The position numbers and the translations under genes are program-made. The notes under the pieces were generated by a model that worked only from the letters and a program-made list of their open reading frames with translations, searched no databases and was not told the origin of the DNA. From an uncultured Prochlorococcus sp. (GTDB lineage Bacteria > Cyanobacteriota > Cyanobacteriia > PCC-6307 > Cyanobiaceae), in NCBI GenBank assembly GCA_902542595.1, contig CACBVE010000001.1, forward strand, positions 1,533-65,532: 64,000 nucleotides of DNA, in the 5' to 3' direction. Positions 51,275-61,452 of the stretch are shown here, one piece after another. Numbering within the stretch: the first letter of the stretch is position 1; every line of letters begins with the position of its first letter.

Positions 51275-51586
51275 TTAACCCTTTGACTCGCCTTTAGTAA
51301 CCTTTTTGGTAAATGAGATTGTTTTTGAAAACATTTGGAATCCTGTTATGAGCATCCATAAAACTCCAAGAGAATTTAAAAATACATATATTAATTCTCC
51401 ATTATTTCCAAGCCATTCGCCTTCATGGAGAGACATTAACCAATGAACTTGGTCTCTTGAATAACCTAGTAAATCTTTGGAAACCCTATAAAGTAATCCA
51501 GTAATTGAAGACAAAAATAATGGAATAAAAATCCAAGGTGCCAAAGCTTTGTGAAATTGCCTAGAATTAAAGTTAAAATTAATCAC
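51275..51586 (-). CDS. Small PepSY-associated TM-helix-like membrane protein
   Basis: RQFH...AP....P......TG and LMSLHEG motifs; three hydrophobic segments. Confidence 0.7.
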   Translation of the reverse strand: MINFNFNSRQFHKALAPWIFIPLFLSSITGLLYRVSKDLLGYSRDQVHWLMSLHEGEWLGNNGELIYVFLNSLGVLWMLITGFQMFSKTISFTKKVTKGESKG

Positions 51587-51673
51587 TGTTTTTCATTGTT
51601 ATTGATAGATTTAAAATAGCTAAACTCATAATGGCTATTTGATGATATTTACTTTTTACCATTATTTATTCCA

Positions 51674-52513
51674 ATGAAGCATTTTGCAGATCTATTATTA
51701 AATAAAAATAATTCCAAAACTAATGATCAAGTTCCTTTCATACAGAGGAGAAGAGGAATCGAAATAAAGTCAGCACGTGAAATAAATCTTATGAAGAAAT
51801 CAAGTAGGATAGTTGCAACAGTTCTAAGGGAAATTAATGATTTAATTAAACCTGGGATGAGTACAAAAGATTTAGATGATTTCGCAGAAAAGAGGATAAG
51901 AAGTTTTGGGGCTGTGCCAAGTTTTAAAGGTTACCACGGCTTTCCTTCCAGTATTTGTTCTAGTATTAACAATGAAGTTGTCCATGGGATACCAAGTAAA
52001 AATAAAATAATTAAAACTGGCGACTTAGTTAAAATCGATACGGGAGCATATTTAGATGGCTTTCACGGGGATAGTTGTATAACTATATGTGTAGGCAAAG
52101 TTAGTTCAAAAGCCCAAAATCTTAGTGATATAGCCTCTAAGGCTTTGTATGCAGGGCTCTCGAAAATCAAGGCAGGGAATACACTTCTTGAAATTGCGGG
52201 AGAAATTGAAGATGTTGTTATAAAAAATGGATTCAGTGTTGTTGAAGACTATACAGGTCATGGAGTTGGAAGAAATCTACATGAGGAGCCCTCGGTATTT
52301 AACTTTAGGACTAAAGAATTACCCAACGTAGTTCTGCGTGCAGGAATGACATTAGCTGTTGAGCCGATCGTTAACGAAGGAACTAAGTTTTGTAAAACAT
52401 TAAATGATAGATGGACTGTAATAACAAAAGATGGTAAATTATCGGCTCAATGGGAACATACTATAGTGGTTTTAAAGGATGGCATTGAAATATTGACAGA
52501 TAGAGACTTCTAG
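51674..52513 (+). CDS. map: Methionine aminopeptidase type I
   Basis: EVVHGIP, GD.VKID.G, DGFHGD, GHGVG..LHEEP, AQWEHT. Confidence 0.97.
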   Translation: MKHFADLLLNKNNSKTNDQVPFIQRRRGIEIKSAREINLMKKSSRIVATVLREINDLIKPGMSTKDLDDFAEKRIRSFGAVPSFKGYHGFPSSICSSINNEVVHGIPSKNKIIKTGDLVKIDTGAYLDGFHGDSCITICVGKVSSKAQNLSDIASKALYAGLSKIKAGNTLLEIAGEIEDVVIKNGFSVVEDYTGHGVGRNLHEEPSVFNFRTKELPNVVLRAGMTLAVEPIVNEGTKFCKTLNDRWTVITKDGKLSAQWEHTIVVLKDGIEILTDRDF

Positions 52514-52516
52514 CAA

Positions 52517-53236
52517 CTATGTTGTGTATTTATATATAAATTTACAATACATAAAAGTCCAAAATTCTTTCAATGGAAAAAGTATGTGAGTTAATGGGTT
52601 TGGACTAATTATTATTAAATAACTTTTTGAACTAGCTAAATCATAAATCTTCTTAGACACAAATTTGGGACTCATAATCCCAATGGGGTTTAAATCTGAT
52701 CTAAAAGGTCCCAAAATGATCTTCTTTATAGTTAATTTTTTTTTAATATCTTTGTCCAAAAGATTTTTTTTGAATGAAACTAATTGACCAATAAGTGCCT
52801 TACTTATCTCATATGATGGATTTAACGCAGGTAGAATTTCTGCTTCAGATGTGTTTATCCAAATCTCTTTTTTTGTAGATGATTCATCCTTTTTTGCAAT
52901 ATCTTCAAATAAATTTAAAAATTTGAATTTACTTAATGCATTTATTTCTATTGAATTTTCATAATTAGAATTTTCTCTACTCAAATTGTAGATTCCGTGG
53001 TTCAAAATTAATATATCTATCTTTTTTAGATGCTTTTTTAATATAGATTCTTTCCCACATTCCCATTTAATCCATTCATTAGGAGATTCAAGATTTTTCT
53101 TGGAATCAGTTTTGCTATGAGTAAATCCAATCACTTTGTATCCTTTCTGACGAAACAATTTTGTAAGCTCTCTACCTAGAGTCCCCGAAGCGCCAGTAAT
53201 CCCAATAGTTTTTTCTTTTGTAATTGAATTTATCAT
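52517..53236 (-). CDS. Short-chain dehydrogenase-like (SDR) protein
   Basis: ITGASGTLG, ILNHG, NTSEAE, YEISK (YxxxK), ILGPF.S.LNPIG.M. Confidence 0.85.
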   Translation of the reverse strand: MINSITKEKTIGITGASGTLGRELTKLFRQKGYKVIGFTHSKTDSKKNLESPNEWIKWECGKESILKKHLKKIDILILNHGIYNLSRENSNYENSIEINALSKFKFLNLFEDIAKKDESSTKKEIWINTSEAEILPALNPSYEISKALIGQLVSFKKNLLDKDIKKKLTIKKIILGPFRSDLNPIGIMSPKFVSKKIYDLASSKSYLIIISPNPLTHILFPLKEFWTFMYCKFIYKYTT

Positions 53237-53389
53237 TTTGTTTGATTGTGATGAAACACCAAATAACTTAAATAAATCTATATAAAAAAATATTTATTAA
53301 TTTATTTGATTAAAACTCATAAATAAATATTTGTTTAGTTCTAAAAAAAATATTATCTTTAATTTATTGATAAATATTTTTATTTAATT

Positions 53390-54499
53390 ATGAGCGATAT
53401 ATTATTAATTGGTTCATGTGAGCCTTTTAGTGGTAAGTCTGCGCTAGTTCTTGGTATAGCAAAAAGACTTTTAGAAGAGGGAAAAAAAGTACGTATTGGT
53501 AAACCACTGGCAACATGTATCGAACTTACTAATTTATCTTCAATGTCATATGAAGGATTAATAGATGATGATGTTAAGTTTATTGGTTCTACATTGAATA
53601 TTGAAGAGGAGAATTTAATTTCTTCAGTAGGATTATTGGACAATATTTCAGCTGAGAAAAGGATCTTTAATAAAGATTTACTTCCTGGTAAAGGTTTTGA
53701 TCAAATTGAAAGATTGGTTAATGATGATTTTGAAGGATTAAATATTCTTGAAGCGGCTGGAAGTCTCCATGAAGGAATGATTTATGGTCTAAGCCTTCCT
53801 CAATTAGCAGAGAGTTTAGATGCGAAAGTCTTAATTGTGAATTTATGGGAAGATTGTAAAAGCGTAGATGCTTTACTTGATGCGAAAAAACAATTGGGTG
53901 ACCATTTGGCTGGTGTGGTATTAAATGCAGTGCCACCTCAAGAAGTCGAAAAATTTAAAAATGAAATAATACCTTCTCTTAAAGATATGAATATTGAAGT
54001 TTTTGGAGTGATGCCAAAATCACCACTCCTCAGGAGTGTAACTGTGGGCGAGCTTGTAAGAAGATTGGATGCTCAAGTAATTTGTTGCCCTGAAAAAGAT
54101 CAATTACTTGTTGAGACATTAAGTATTGGTGCAATGGGTGTAAATTCTGCGATGGAATTTTTTAGAAGAAGACGAAATATGGCTGTGGTTACTGGGGCCG
54201 ATAGAACTGATATTCAACTTGCGGCTTTGGAGGCCTCTACACAATGCCTTATTTTAACTGGTTTGGGAGAACCTCTATCACAATTGATTCATAGAGCGGA
54301 AGAATTAGAGGTGCCAATTTTAAAAGTTGATTTAGATACTCTTGCCTCCGTAGAAATTATTGAACAAGCTTTTGGTCATGTCAGAATACATGAATCAATT
54401 AAAGCTTCTTATGCAGTGCAACTAGTACAGGAGAATGTAAATTTGAAAAGAATTCTCGAAAAGATAGATTTTCCCTGCAATTTCTCAGATAAATGCTAA
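53390..54499 (+). CDS. Phosphotransacetylase-family protein (BioD-like N-terminus plus DRTGG; no catalytic PTA domain)
   Basis: SGKS P-loop, GKP, VTGADRTDIQLAAL, ILTG. Confidence 0.87.
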   Translation: MSDILLIGSCEPFSGKSALVLGIAKRLLEEGKKVRIGKPLATCIELTNLSSMSYEGLIDDDVKFIGSTLNIEEENLISSVGLLDNISAEKRIFNKDLLPGKGFDQIERLVNDDFEGLNILEAAGSLHEGMIYGLSLPQLAESLDAKVLIVNLWEDCKSVDALLDAKKQLGDHLAGVVLNAVPPQEVEKFKNEIIPSLKDMNIEVFGVMPKSPLLRSVTVGELVRRLDAQVICCPEKDQLLVETLSIGAMGVNSAMEFFRRRRNMAVVTGADRTDIQLAALEASTQCLILTGLGEPLSQLIHRAEELEVPILKVDLDTLASVEIIEQAFGHVRIHESIKASYAVQLVQENVNLKRILEKIDFPCNFSDKC

Positions 54500-54524
54500 T
54501 TTCAAATATAGGAATCATTTTATT

Positions 54525-55037
54525 TTGAGTCGCTCTTTAGATCTACCCGCAACTGAAGGCGTTGATGCCTTAGCTCAAGAACTCGCTAAACTCCAGGATA
54601 ATGGGAAAAGGAGGATTGCTTTTTTGGGCAGTCGACATGTACCGGTTGTTGATATTCACTTAATTGAACTTATAGCAAGATCGTTAGCAGAAGAGGGACA
54701 TAACATTCTTACATCTGGATCTCAGGGTGTAAATGCTGCGGTTATTCGAGCAGTTTTAGATATTAATCCATCATTACTGACTGTTTTATTACCACAAAGT
54801 CTTGACAGACAAATACCTGAAATTAAGGATCAACTTGAGAGGGTTATGCATTTGGTTGAAAAAAGTGAAAATGATGAATTGCCTTTGCCACTTGCAAGCA
54901 GCCTTTGTAATCAAGAAATTATAGCTAGGTGTGATCAATTAATATGCTTTGCCTTTCACGATAGTGAAACTTTATTAAATAGTTGCAGATGTGCGGAGGA
55001 AATGGGAAAAGTGGTGAGTTTGTTATTTTTTGATTAA
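54525..55037 (+). CDS. DprA/SMF-like Rossmann (SLOG superfamily) protein
   Basis: IAFLGSR, TSGSQGVN.A, CNQEII..CDQLI.FAFHDS. Confidence 0.8.
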   Translation: MSRSLDLPATEGVDALAQELAKLQDNGKRRIAFLGSRHVPVVDIHLIELIARSLAEEGHNILTSGSQGVNAAVIRAVLDINPSLLTVLLPQSLDRQIPEIKDQLERVMHLVEKSENDELPLPLASSLCNQEIIARCDQLICFAFHDSETLLNSCRCAEEMGKVVSLLFFD

Positions 55038-55104
55038 ATAAATTAATTCTCTCTGATTTAGATCTAATTTATGATAATAATAATCTTGAGTTTAAAAATT
55101 TAAT

Positions 55105-55602
55105 ATGGCAGAAATTTTTTCTTTTGATGTGGTTTCTGATTTTGAGAGACAGGAATTAGTTAATACTTTGGATCAAGCAAAAAGAGAAATTTCTCAACGT
55201 TATGATCTGAAAGGAACTGATACGAAAGTTGATTTAGATCAAGATAATATTTTTATAACCACTAATAGTGAATTAACTTTAAATGCTGTAAATGACATTG
55301 TTAGACAAAAGGCAATAAAAAGAAAATTATCTTTAAGAATTTTTGAATACGGAGAAATCGAATCAGTTAGTGGTAATAAAGTAAAGCAAACAATTTTATT
55401 AAAACAGGGAATTAAACAAGAAATAGCAAAAAAAATAAGTAAAAATATTAGAGATCAATTTAAAAAAATTAATGTCAGCATAAATGGAGAAACACTGAGA
55501 GTCTCTAGTAAGAGCAAAAATGATCTTCAATTAGCAATTAAGCTTATTAGTGACTTGGAAGAGTCTCTGAATATTCCTCTAAAAGCTAATAACTTTAGAT
55601 AA
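55105..55602 (+). CDS. yajQ: YajQ family nucleotide-binding protein
   Basis: SFDVVS, QELVN.LDQA.REI..RYD.K, LRVS.KSKNDLQ, C-terminal N.R. Confidence 0.93.
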   Translation: MAEIFSFDVVSDFERQELVNTLDQAKREISQRYDLKGTDTKVDLDQDNIFITTNSELTLNAVNDIVRQKAIKRKLSLRIFEYGEIESVSGNKVKQTILLKQGIKQEIAKKISKNIRDQFKKINVSINGETLRVSSKSKNDLQLAIKLISDLEESLNIPLKANNFR

Positions 55603-55627
55603 GATGCAAGTATGATTATTTTGCAAA

Positions 55628-55834
55628 ATGGCAGATTATTCACCATCTCTAGTTAAGTCATTATTTTTAAAGGTAAAAAAATATCCCCGTTTTTCAATGG
55701 GAGAAATCGAGAAATTTTGTTGGATGGCAGTACATGAGCATAAACATGGTGTTTTGCCATCTGAATACGATATTAGAGAGATAGATGAGGACCTTTATTT
55801 GCAACTTTTACAAGAATTTAAACAAGTAAATTAA
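55628..55834 (+). CDS. Hypothetical protein (68 aa)
   Basis: ATG ORF co-oriented with neighbours; MAVHEHKHG.LP.EYDIRE motif. Confidence 0.72.
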   Translation: MADYSPSLVKSLFLKVKKYPRFSMGEIEKFCWMAVHEHKHGVLPSEYDIREIDEDLYLQLLQEFKQVN

Positions 55835-55948
55835 AATAATCTTTTTTAAAATGATTCTTACAATTATTAAAAAAATATTTTAATTAAATGCCTTATTAAT
55901 GCACTAATTAATTTGATTAAATATGATTACTTATAAAGAAAGAATTTA

Positions 55949-56752
55949 ATGTCAACATCTTTTAAGAACGTAACGCCAACTGGACCTGGGGGGACAGCTA
56001 CATTATTTATTGTATTGTCTTTTACTGGCTTTCTTCTACTCACCCAGTCTTTATTCGTTGTGCCTTCTGGTCAGGTAGCAGTAGTAACAACACTAGGTAA
56101 AGTAAGCGGTCCCTCTCGAAGAGCAGGTTTAAATTTTAAAGTACCCTTCATTCAGTCCGTATTTCCATTTGATATTAAAACTCAAGTACAACCTGAAAAA
56201 TTTGAAACATTAACCAAGGACCTCCAAGTTATAAGAGCTACTGCTACTGTTAAGTATTCAGTAAAGCCTAATGAAGCAGGAAGAATTTTTGCAACAATTG
56301 CAAGTAGAAATAGTGATGTTTACCAAAAAATTGTTCAGCCATCTTTGCTCAAAGCTCTAAAATCAGTCTTCTCTCAATATGAGTTAGAGACAATCGCTAC
56401 AGAATTCGCAGTCATTTCTGAGAAAGTAGGAGATACTGTTGCTCAAGAACTAAATTCATTTGATTATGTAGATGTTAAAAGTTTAGACCTTACTGGTTTA
56501 GAGATTGCTGAAGAATATAGAGCTGCAATTGAACAAAAGCAAATAGCTGGCCAACAATTATTAAGAGCAAAAACAGAAGTAGAAATTGCTGAACAAGAAG
56601 CTCTCAGATATGAAACACTCAACAGAAGTCTTGATGATCAAGTACTTTTTAAATTGTTTCTGGATAAATGGGATGGTAGCACTCAAGTTGTGCCTGGCCT
56701 TCCTGGATCATCGGCAGGGAGTCCTCCTGTAATAGTTGGTGGTAGAAAATAA
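55949..56752 (+). CDS. SPFH/Band 7 (prohibitin-like) protein
   Basis: N-terminal TM, VPSG.VAV...LG, GL.FK.PF, TKDLQ, AIEQKQIA, KWDG. Confidence 0.92.
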   Translation: MSTSFKNVTPTGPGGTATLFIVLSFTGFLLLTQSLFVVPSGQVAVVTTLGKVSGPSRRAGLNFKVPFIQSVFPFDIKTQVQPEKFETLTKDLQVIRATATVKYSVKPNEAGRIFATIASRNSDVYQKIVQPSLLKALKSVFSQYELETIATEFAVISEKVGDTVAQELNSFDYVDVKSLDLTGLEIAEEYRAAIEQKQIAGQQLLRAKTEVEIAEQEALRYETLNRSLDDQVLFKLFLDKWDGSTQVVPGLPGSSAGSPPVIVGGRK

Positions 56753-56815
56753 TTATTTAAACTTTTTTCTCTAACGATAAATTATCTATTTTTTTATTAA
56801 AGAATAAATAAAGAA

Positions 56816-58117
56816 TCAGTTTTTTATAGCGTTAAAGGATTTATCAAATGCTTCAATAGTTTTATCAATTTCTTCTTCGGTATGTGCAAGTGATGTAAAA
56901 CCAGCTTCAAAAGGACTTGGTGCCAAGTAAATTCCTTGTTGAAGCATTTCTCTGTGTAATCTTCCAAAAAGTTCAGCATCATTTGTTTTCGCTTCATCAA
57001 AGTTTCTGACTGGCCCATCACATAAGAAAAATCCAAACATTGCGCTAACACTCCCACCATTAATAGCGATTCCATTATTTTCTGCGGATTGAATTATACC
57101 TTCAATTAATCTAGAAGTTGTTGAATTTAATTTCTCGTAAGTACCTTCTTGTTTGAGTAGCTCAAGAGTTTTTATTCCGGCAGTCATGGCTAGTGGGTTT
57201 CCGCTTAAAGTACCAGCTTGGTAAACTGGTCCAGAGGGCGCGATCATTGACATTATTTCCTTCTTACCCCCGTAAGCCCCAACAGGTAAACCTCCACCAA
57301 TTACTTTCCCAAGTGTAGTTAAATCGGGTGTAACCCCAAATTTTTCTTGGGCTCCGCCATAACTTATTCTGAACCCAGTCATAACTTCATCAAATACTAA
57401 TAAAGATCCATTCTCTGTGGTTAATTCTCTTAATCCTTCTAAGAATCCAGGCTCCGGCTTAATAAAGCCAGCATTACCAACGATAGGCTCAAGAATTACT
57501 CCAGAAATGGCATCAGGATTTTCTGAGAATAATTTTTTTACCGCCTCGAGATCATTGTAGGGAGCAGTAAGAGTATTAGCAGTTGTTGTTCTTGGAACGC
57601 CTGGAGAATCAGGTAATCCTAAAGTAGCTACACCTGATCCTGCTTTCACCAAAAACATATCTGCATGTCCGTGATAGCAACCGTCAAATTTTATAACTTT
57701 ATCTCTCCCTGTGAATGCTCTCATAAGCCTTAAAACAGCCATGCAGGCTTCAGTTCCACTATTAACAAATCTAACCATTTCAACAGATGGGACAGCATCA
57801 ATTACCATCTCAGCAAGTTTGTTCTCTAAAACGCATGGAGCTCCAAAGCTGGTACCTTTCTCAATTGCCTCTTGTAATGCAGTTATAACTTCAGGGTGGG
57901 CATGCCCGCATATGGCTGGCCCCCAACTCCCTATATAGTCGATATATCTATTTCCATCTATATCCCAAGCAAAGGGCCCTTTGACTCTATCGAAAACAAT
58001 TGGTTGCCCCCCAACAGATTTGAAAGCTCTTACTGGAGAGCTAACTCCTCCTGGCATTAATTCTTGGGCAGCGGAGAAAATTTCCTTTGATTTGATGTAA
58101 TTTGATATTTCAGTCAC
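56816..58117 (-). CDS. hemL: Glutamate-1-semialdehyde 2,1-aminomutase
   Basis: [45 protein letters not shown]. Confidence 0.98.
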   Translation of the reverse strand: MTEISNYIKSKEIFSAAQELMPGGVSSPVRAFKSVGGQPIVFDRVKGPFAWDIDGNRYIDYIGSWGPAICGHAHPEVITALQEAIEKGTSFGAPCVLENKLAEMVIDAVPSVEMVRFVNSGTEACMAVLRLMRAFTGRDKVIKFDGCYHGHADMFLVKAGSGVATLGLPDSPGVPRTTTANTLTAPYNDLEAVKKLFSENPDAISGVILEPIVGNAGFIKPEPGFLEGLRELTTENGSLLVFDEVMTGFRISYGGAQEKFGVTPDLTTLGKVIGGGLPVGAYGGKKEIMSMIAPSGPVYQAGTLSGNPLAMTAGIKTLELLKQEGTYEKLNSTTSRLIEGIIQSAENNGIAINGGSVSAMFGFFLCDGPVRNFDEAKTNDAELFGRLHREMLQQGIYLAPSPFEAGFTSLAHTEEEIDKTIEAFDKSFNAIKN

Positions 58118-58343
58118 AATTTAACTAAATGAAGTTTTGAGAAAAATCTTGTCATGTTCTAACTTAGAAATAAGTAAAAATTTTGTCAATCAGATTGAAA
58201 TTCTACATTATGATATTTTTATTGCGATAATTTGGATTGTAAATTTTTAATTTTTATTAAATCATAATACAAAGCATAAACAGCAAAGATAACTCTTTAT
58301 TAATAAGCGTTTTCAAGAATTAAGGAAATTCTATTTGTTTTAT

Positions 58344-59189
58344 TTATATTTCTAAAAAATTGTCCTCATCATCAAAAAAATCTAAATTTGTGTCATCCAA
58401 GTTAAGATTTATCATTACTGGAGCATGATCACTTGGCCTTAAATTAGCTCTAGGAGAGCTGTCTATCACAGAACTTTTAAGTTTTGATGACAATCCTCTA
58501 CTGATGTAGATATGGTCTATTCTCCAACCTTTATTTAGTTCATATGCGTTATTACGGTAATCCCACCAACTCCAGTGACCGTAATTTTTTTCAAAAATCC
58601 TAAAAGAATCAATTAATCTTTCTTTTAGAACGTTATTTAAGGCATTTCTCTCTAACTCAGATGCCATTATTCCACCTTCATATTTCTTTGGGTCATGTAT
58701 ATCTAAGTTAGAGGGAGCAACATTAAAATCACCCATAAGACAAATTATTTCTCCTTTTTTTTCTTGTTCTTCCACAAAAGAAGCTAAACAATTTAACCAA
58801 TTAATTTTGTATTCGAACTTATCAGATTCTATTGAAGATCCATTAGGAACATAAACATTTATTATCTTAATACCATTAATATCAGCAGAAATTAATCTTT
58901 TTTGATCTTGGAAAATTTCAATATTTTGACCATAATCTTTACATCCGTAAAATCCTTTTTTTACATTTTCTGCTTTTATTTTTGAAATAATTGCAACACC
59001 ATTATATGATTTTTGTCCGTAAACCTCTACTGAAAATCCTAATTTTTCGAATGATTCAAAAGGAAAACAATCATCCGTTACTTTTGTTTCTTGCAAACAT
59101 AGAATATCTGGATTGACATTATTAATCCACTCTATTATTTGTGAAAGTCTTGTTCGTATTGAGTTAACATTCCAAGTTGCTATTAACAA
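58344..59189 (-). CDS. xth: Exodeoxyribonuclease III
   Basis: TWNVNS, LQETK, YNGVA, GDFN, WWDYR, RIDH, SDHAP. Confidence 0.96.
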   Translation of the reverse strand: MLIATWNVNSIRTRLSQIIEWINNVNPDILCLQETKVTDDCFPFESFEKLGFSVEVYGQKSYNGVAIISKIKAENVKKGFYGCKDYGQNIEIFQDQKRLISADINGIKIINVYVPNGSSIESDKFEYKINWLNCLASFVEEQEKKGEIICLMGDFNVAPSNLDIHDPKKYEGGIMASELERNALNNVLKERLIDSFRIFEKNYGHWSWWDYRNNAYELNKGWRIDHIYISRGLSSKLKSSVIDSSPRANLRPSDHAPVMINLNLDDTNLDFFDDEDNFLEI

Positions 59190-59245
59190 ATTTCTACTTA
59201 TTTATGTAAAATTAAGTTAGCAAAAATTTATGACATTAAAGTATT

Positions 59246-59542
59246 TTGAAATTAAATAAAATGAAAAATTTCTTTTGTAAAAACATTACTAAACCAATAT
59301 CTTTAATCATGTTTATGTCCATAATTTCCTTAAAAGGGAATTTTCTAAATGCAGAATATTTATTTGAAGAATTGCAAATCGATAGTTCAACTAAAGTAGA
59401 AGAAGATAGTTCAGTCATCCCAACAAATCCATTTGAACTTGTGGAAATGATTAGGAGATCCAATAGTTTAAATGATGCAACTAATCCCACTGATGCTATA
59501 GATGACGCCTTAGAGTCCTTTTATAGTTTGGAGGATAAATAA
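59246..59542 (+). CDS. Hypothetical exported protein
   Basis: Signal-like N-terminus; PTNPFEL...IRR......AT.P.DAID.AL motif. Confidence 0.7.
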   Translation: MKLNKMKNFFCKNITKPISLIMFMSIISLKGNFLNAEYLFEELQIDSSTKVEEDSSVIPTNPFELVEMIRRSNSLNDATNPTDAIDDALESFYSLEDK

Positions 59543-59578
59543 AAATTTTATAAATTTAATAAAATTTTAAGTTTTAAT

Positions 59579-60178
59579 ATGTTAAAAAATCCTATTCCAA
59601 AAGTTACTAATAAATTGCAGTATAGAGCAATTGGTATTGTAAGCGGTAAATATATTCCCAATGATAATGAAAAATTAAATAGAGGTTTTTTAACGGATAA
59701 CAAAGGTGAAAAAATTGAAACAGTAGTTTTAGGAAAAGCATTATCCCTGTTAAAAAAACATATTGACCTAGGGAAAAGTTATTTTTGGATTGTTTATCCA
59801 AAAAACAAAAATTCTCAAACCTTACACTTACAAGTTGCGGGTATTTGGGATCCTTATCATCTTAATGATTTTGAAAGTAATTCTTCAAAAAAAAACTTTG
59901 AGAAATTGTTAGAGAAATTAGATTTGCAAGATAATTATTTTTCTATTAGAGGGACATTAGTTTTTGTAAATACTAAAAACAAAGAAATTGTTATTAAAAT
60001 TTGTTCTACTTCAAAGGTACAGAATTTAAAAAATAAAAATTTTAAATTAGTTATCAAAGGGGAGCTTTCACTTGAATTGCTTAATTGTTTTGTAAGTTTG
60101 GATGTTATGAGAGATGGTAATTCTTTGCAATTACTTAATTACGAAACTATTGAAAAAAAATCTTCGAAAATCAAATGA
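59579..60178 (+). CDS. Conserved cyanobacterial hypothetical protein
   Basis: PIP.V....QYRAIG.V.G.Y, W.VYP, HLQVAGIWDP, FSIRG. Confidence 0.8.
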   Translation: MLKNPIPKVTNKLQYRAIGIVSGKYIPNDNEKLNRGFLTDNKGEKIETVVLGKALSLLKKHIDLGKSYFWIVYPKNKNSQTLHLQVAGIWDPYHLNDFESNSSKKNFEKLLEKLDLQDNYFSIRGTLVFVNTKNKEIVIKICSTSKVQNLKNKNFKLVIKGELSLELLNCFVSLDVMRDGNSLQLLNYETIEKKSSKIK

Positions 60179-60225
60179 AGAATTGAATTTCATCATAATT
60201 TATAACAAAAAAGAAACTTAGATTT

Positions 60226-61452
60226 ATGCAAAATATTTTTATTGAATGTTCTCCAGGTATTTCTGGAGATATGTTATTAGGAGCTTTTTATGACTTAGGT
60301 GTGCCAAGAAAAGTAATTGAAAAACCTCTTATTGATCTAGGATTGAGGGATTTATATAGTCTAGAGTTTAAAGAATCTAAAAGTTGTTCTATACGTGGAA
60401 TAAAGGCAAAGGTTGAGAATATTGATCCTAGTTCAACTAAGAGAAATTGGAGAAGTATTAGAGAACTTATTTTAAATGGATATTTAGAAAAAAAATTAAA
60501 GAAATTAATTTTTGAAGTATTTGAATCTCTGGCAAGTGCGGAAGGAAAAGTTCATGGCATCAATCCTGATGATGTTCATTTTCATGAAATTGGAGCTATC
60601 GATTCATTAGTGGATATCATAGGAGTATGCTCTGCAATAAACTACTTAAATCCAAAGAAAATTTATTGTAATGAACCAATTTTAGGCAAAGGTTTTGTTC
60701 AAACTGAACATGGAAAATTAACTGTACCTCCTCCTGCTGTAATAGAGCTAATAAGACAAAAAAATATTAAGGTTTTATCCAATCGTGACTCAATAGAGGG
60801 TGAACTCTCAACACCAACTGGCATTGCTCTAATTTCTAATTTAGCCGACAATTTAGCACCCCCTTCAAAATATTCTATTGATTCTTATGGAGTAGGTATT
60901 GGAAACCTAAAATTCCCTTTTCCTAATTTGGTAAGAGTTTATAAAATTACTTCATTAGAGGATTCTTCTATAAATGAACAAATTAATCCAAAGTGTGAAG
61001 AGATATCTATTCAAGAAGCATGGATTGATGACCAAACACCTGAGGATATATCAAATTTTGTAGAGAAACTCAGAATTGAGGGAGCTTACGACGTATCTTA
61101 TCAAGCTATCAATATGAAAAAAAATAGAATTGGATTTTCTATTCAAGCAATCTTACCTATAGAGAAAAAAGAATTTTTTAGGCGATTATGGTTTGATTTT
61201 TCCAATACTATTGGGGTTCGTGAAAGGACCCAATCTAGGTGGATATTACTTAGACGCAGAGGAGAATGTTCAACGACTTTTGGAAATATAAAAGTTAAAC
61301 AGACTTTGAAACCAGATGGATCAATAACTATGAAGCCTGAAAATGACGAAGTTTTTAGATTAACACTAGAGCATAAAATATCAACTGAAGAAATAAGAAA
61401 AATAATAAAGGATTCCAGTAAAAAATTTAAAGCATTTGAAAACTGGAAATGA
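60226..61452 (+). CDS. larC: Nickel insertion protein LarC (nickel-pincer cofactor biosynthesis)
   Basis: GISGDMLLGA, AEGKVHG, VHFHEIGAIDS, EL.TPTG, MKKNR.G, TIGVR, KPE. Confidence 0.92.
   Translation: MQNIFIECSPGISGDMLLGAFYDLGVPRKVIEKPLIDLGLRDLYSLEFKESKSCSIRGIKAKVENIDPSSTKRNWRSIRELILNGYLEKKLKKLIFEVFESLASAEGKVHGINPDDVHFHEIGAIDSLVDIIGVCSAINYLNPKKIYCNEPILGKGFVQTEHGKLTVPPPAVIELIRQKNIKVLSNRDSIEGELSTPTGIALISNLADNLAPPSKYSIDSYGVGIGNLKFPFPNLVRVYKITSLEDSSINEQINPKCEEISIQEAWIDDQTPEDISNFVEKLRIEGAYDVSYQAINMKKNRIGFSIQAILPIEKKEFFRRLWFDFSNTIGVRERTQSRWILLRRRGECSTTFGNIKVKQTLKPDGSITMKPENDEVFRLTLEHKISTEEIRKIIKDSSKKFKAFENWK

Noticed and set aside
53237-53389. AT-rich spacer as a remnant of a lost gene upstream of the Pta-like gene
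   Set aside because: No residual coding signal is visible; it is adequately explained as a divergent promoter region
58118-58343. 226-nt hemL-xth spacer as an sRNA or small ORF
   Set aside because: Very AT-rich, with no stable hairpin, recognisable Yfr motif or convincing ORF seen by eye; RNA-seq would be needed
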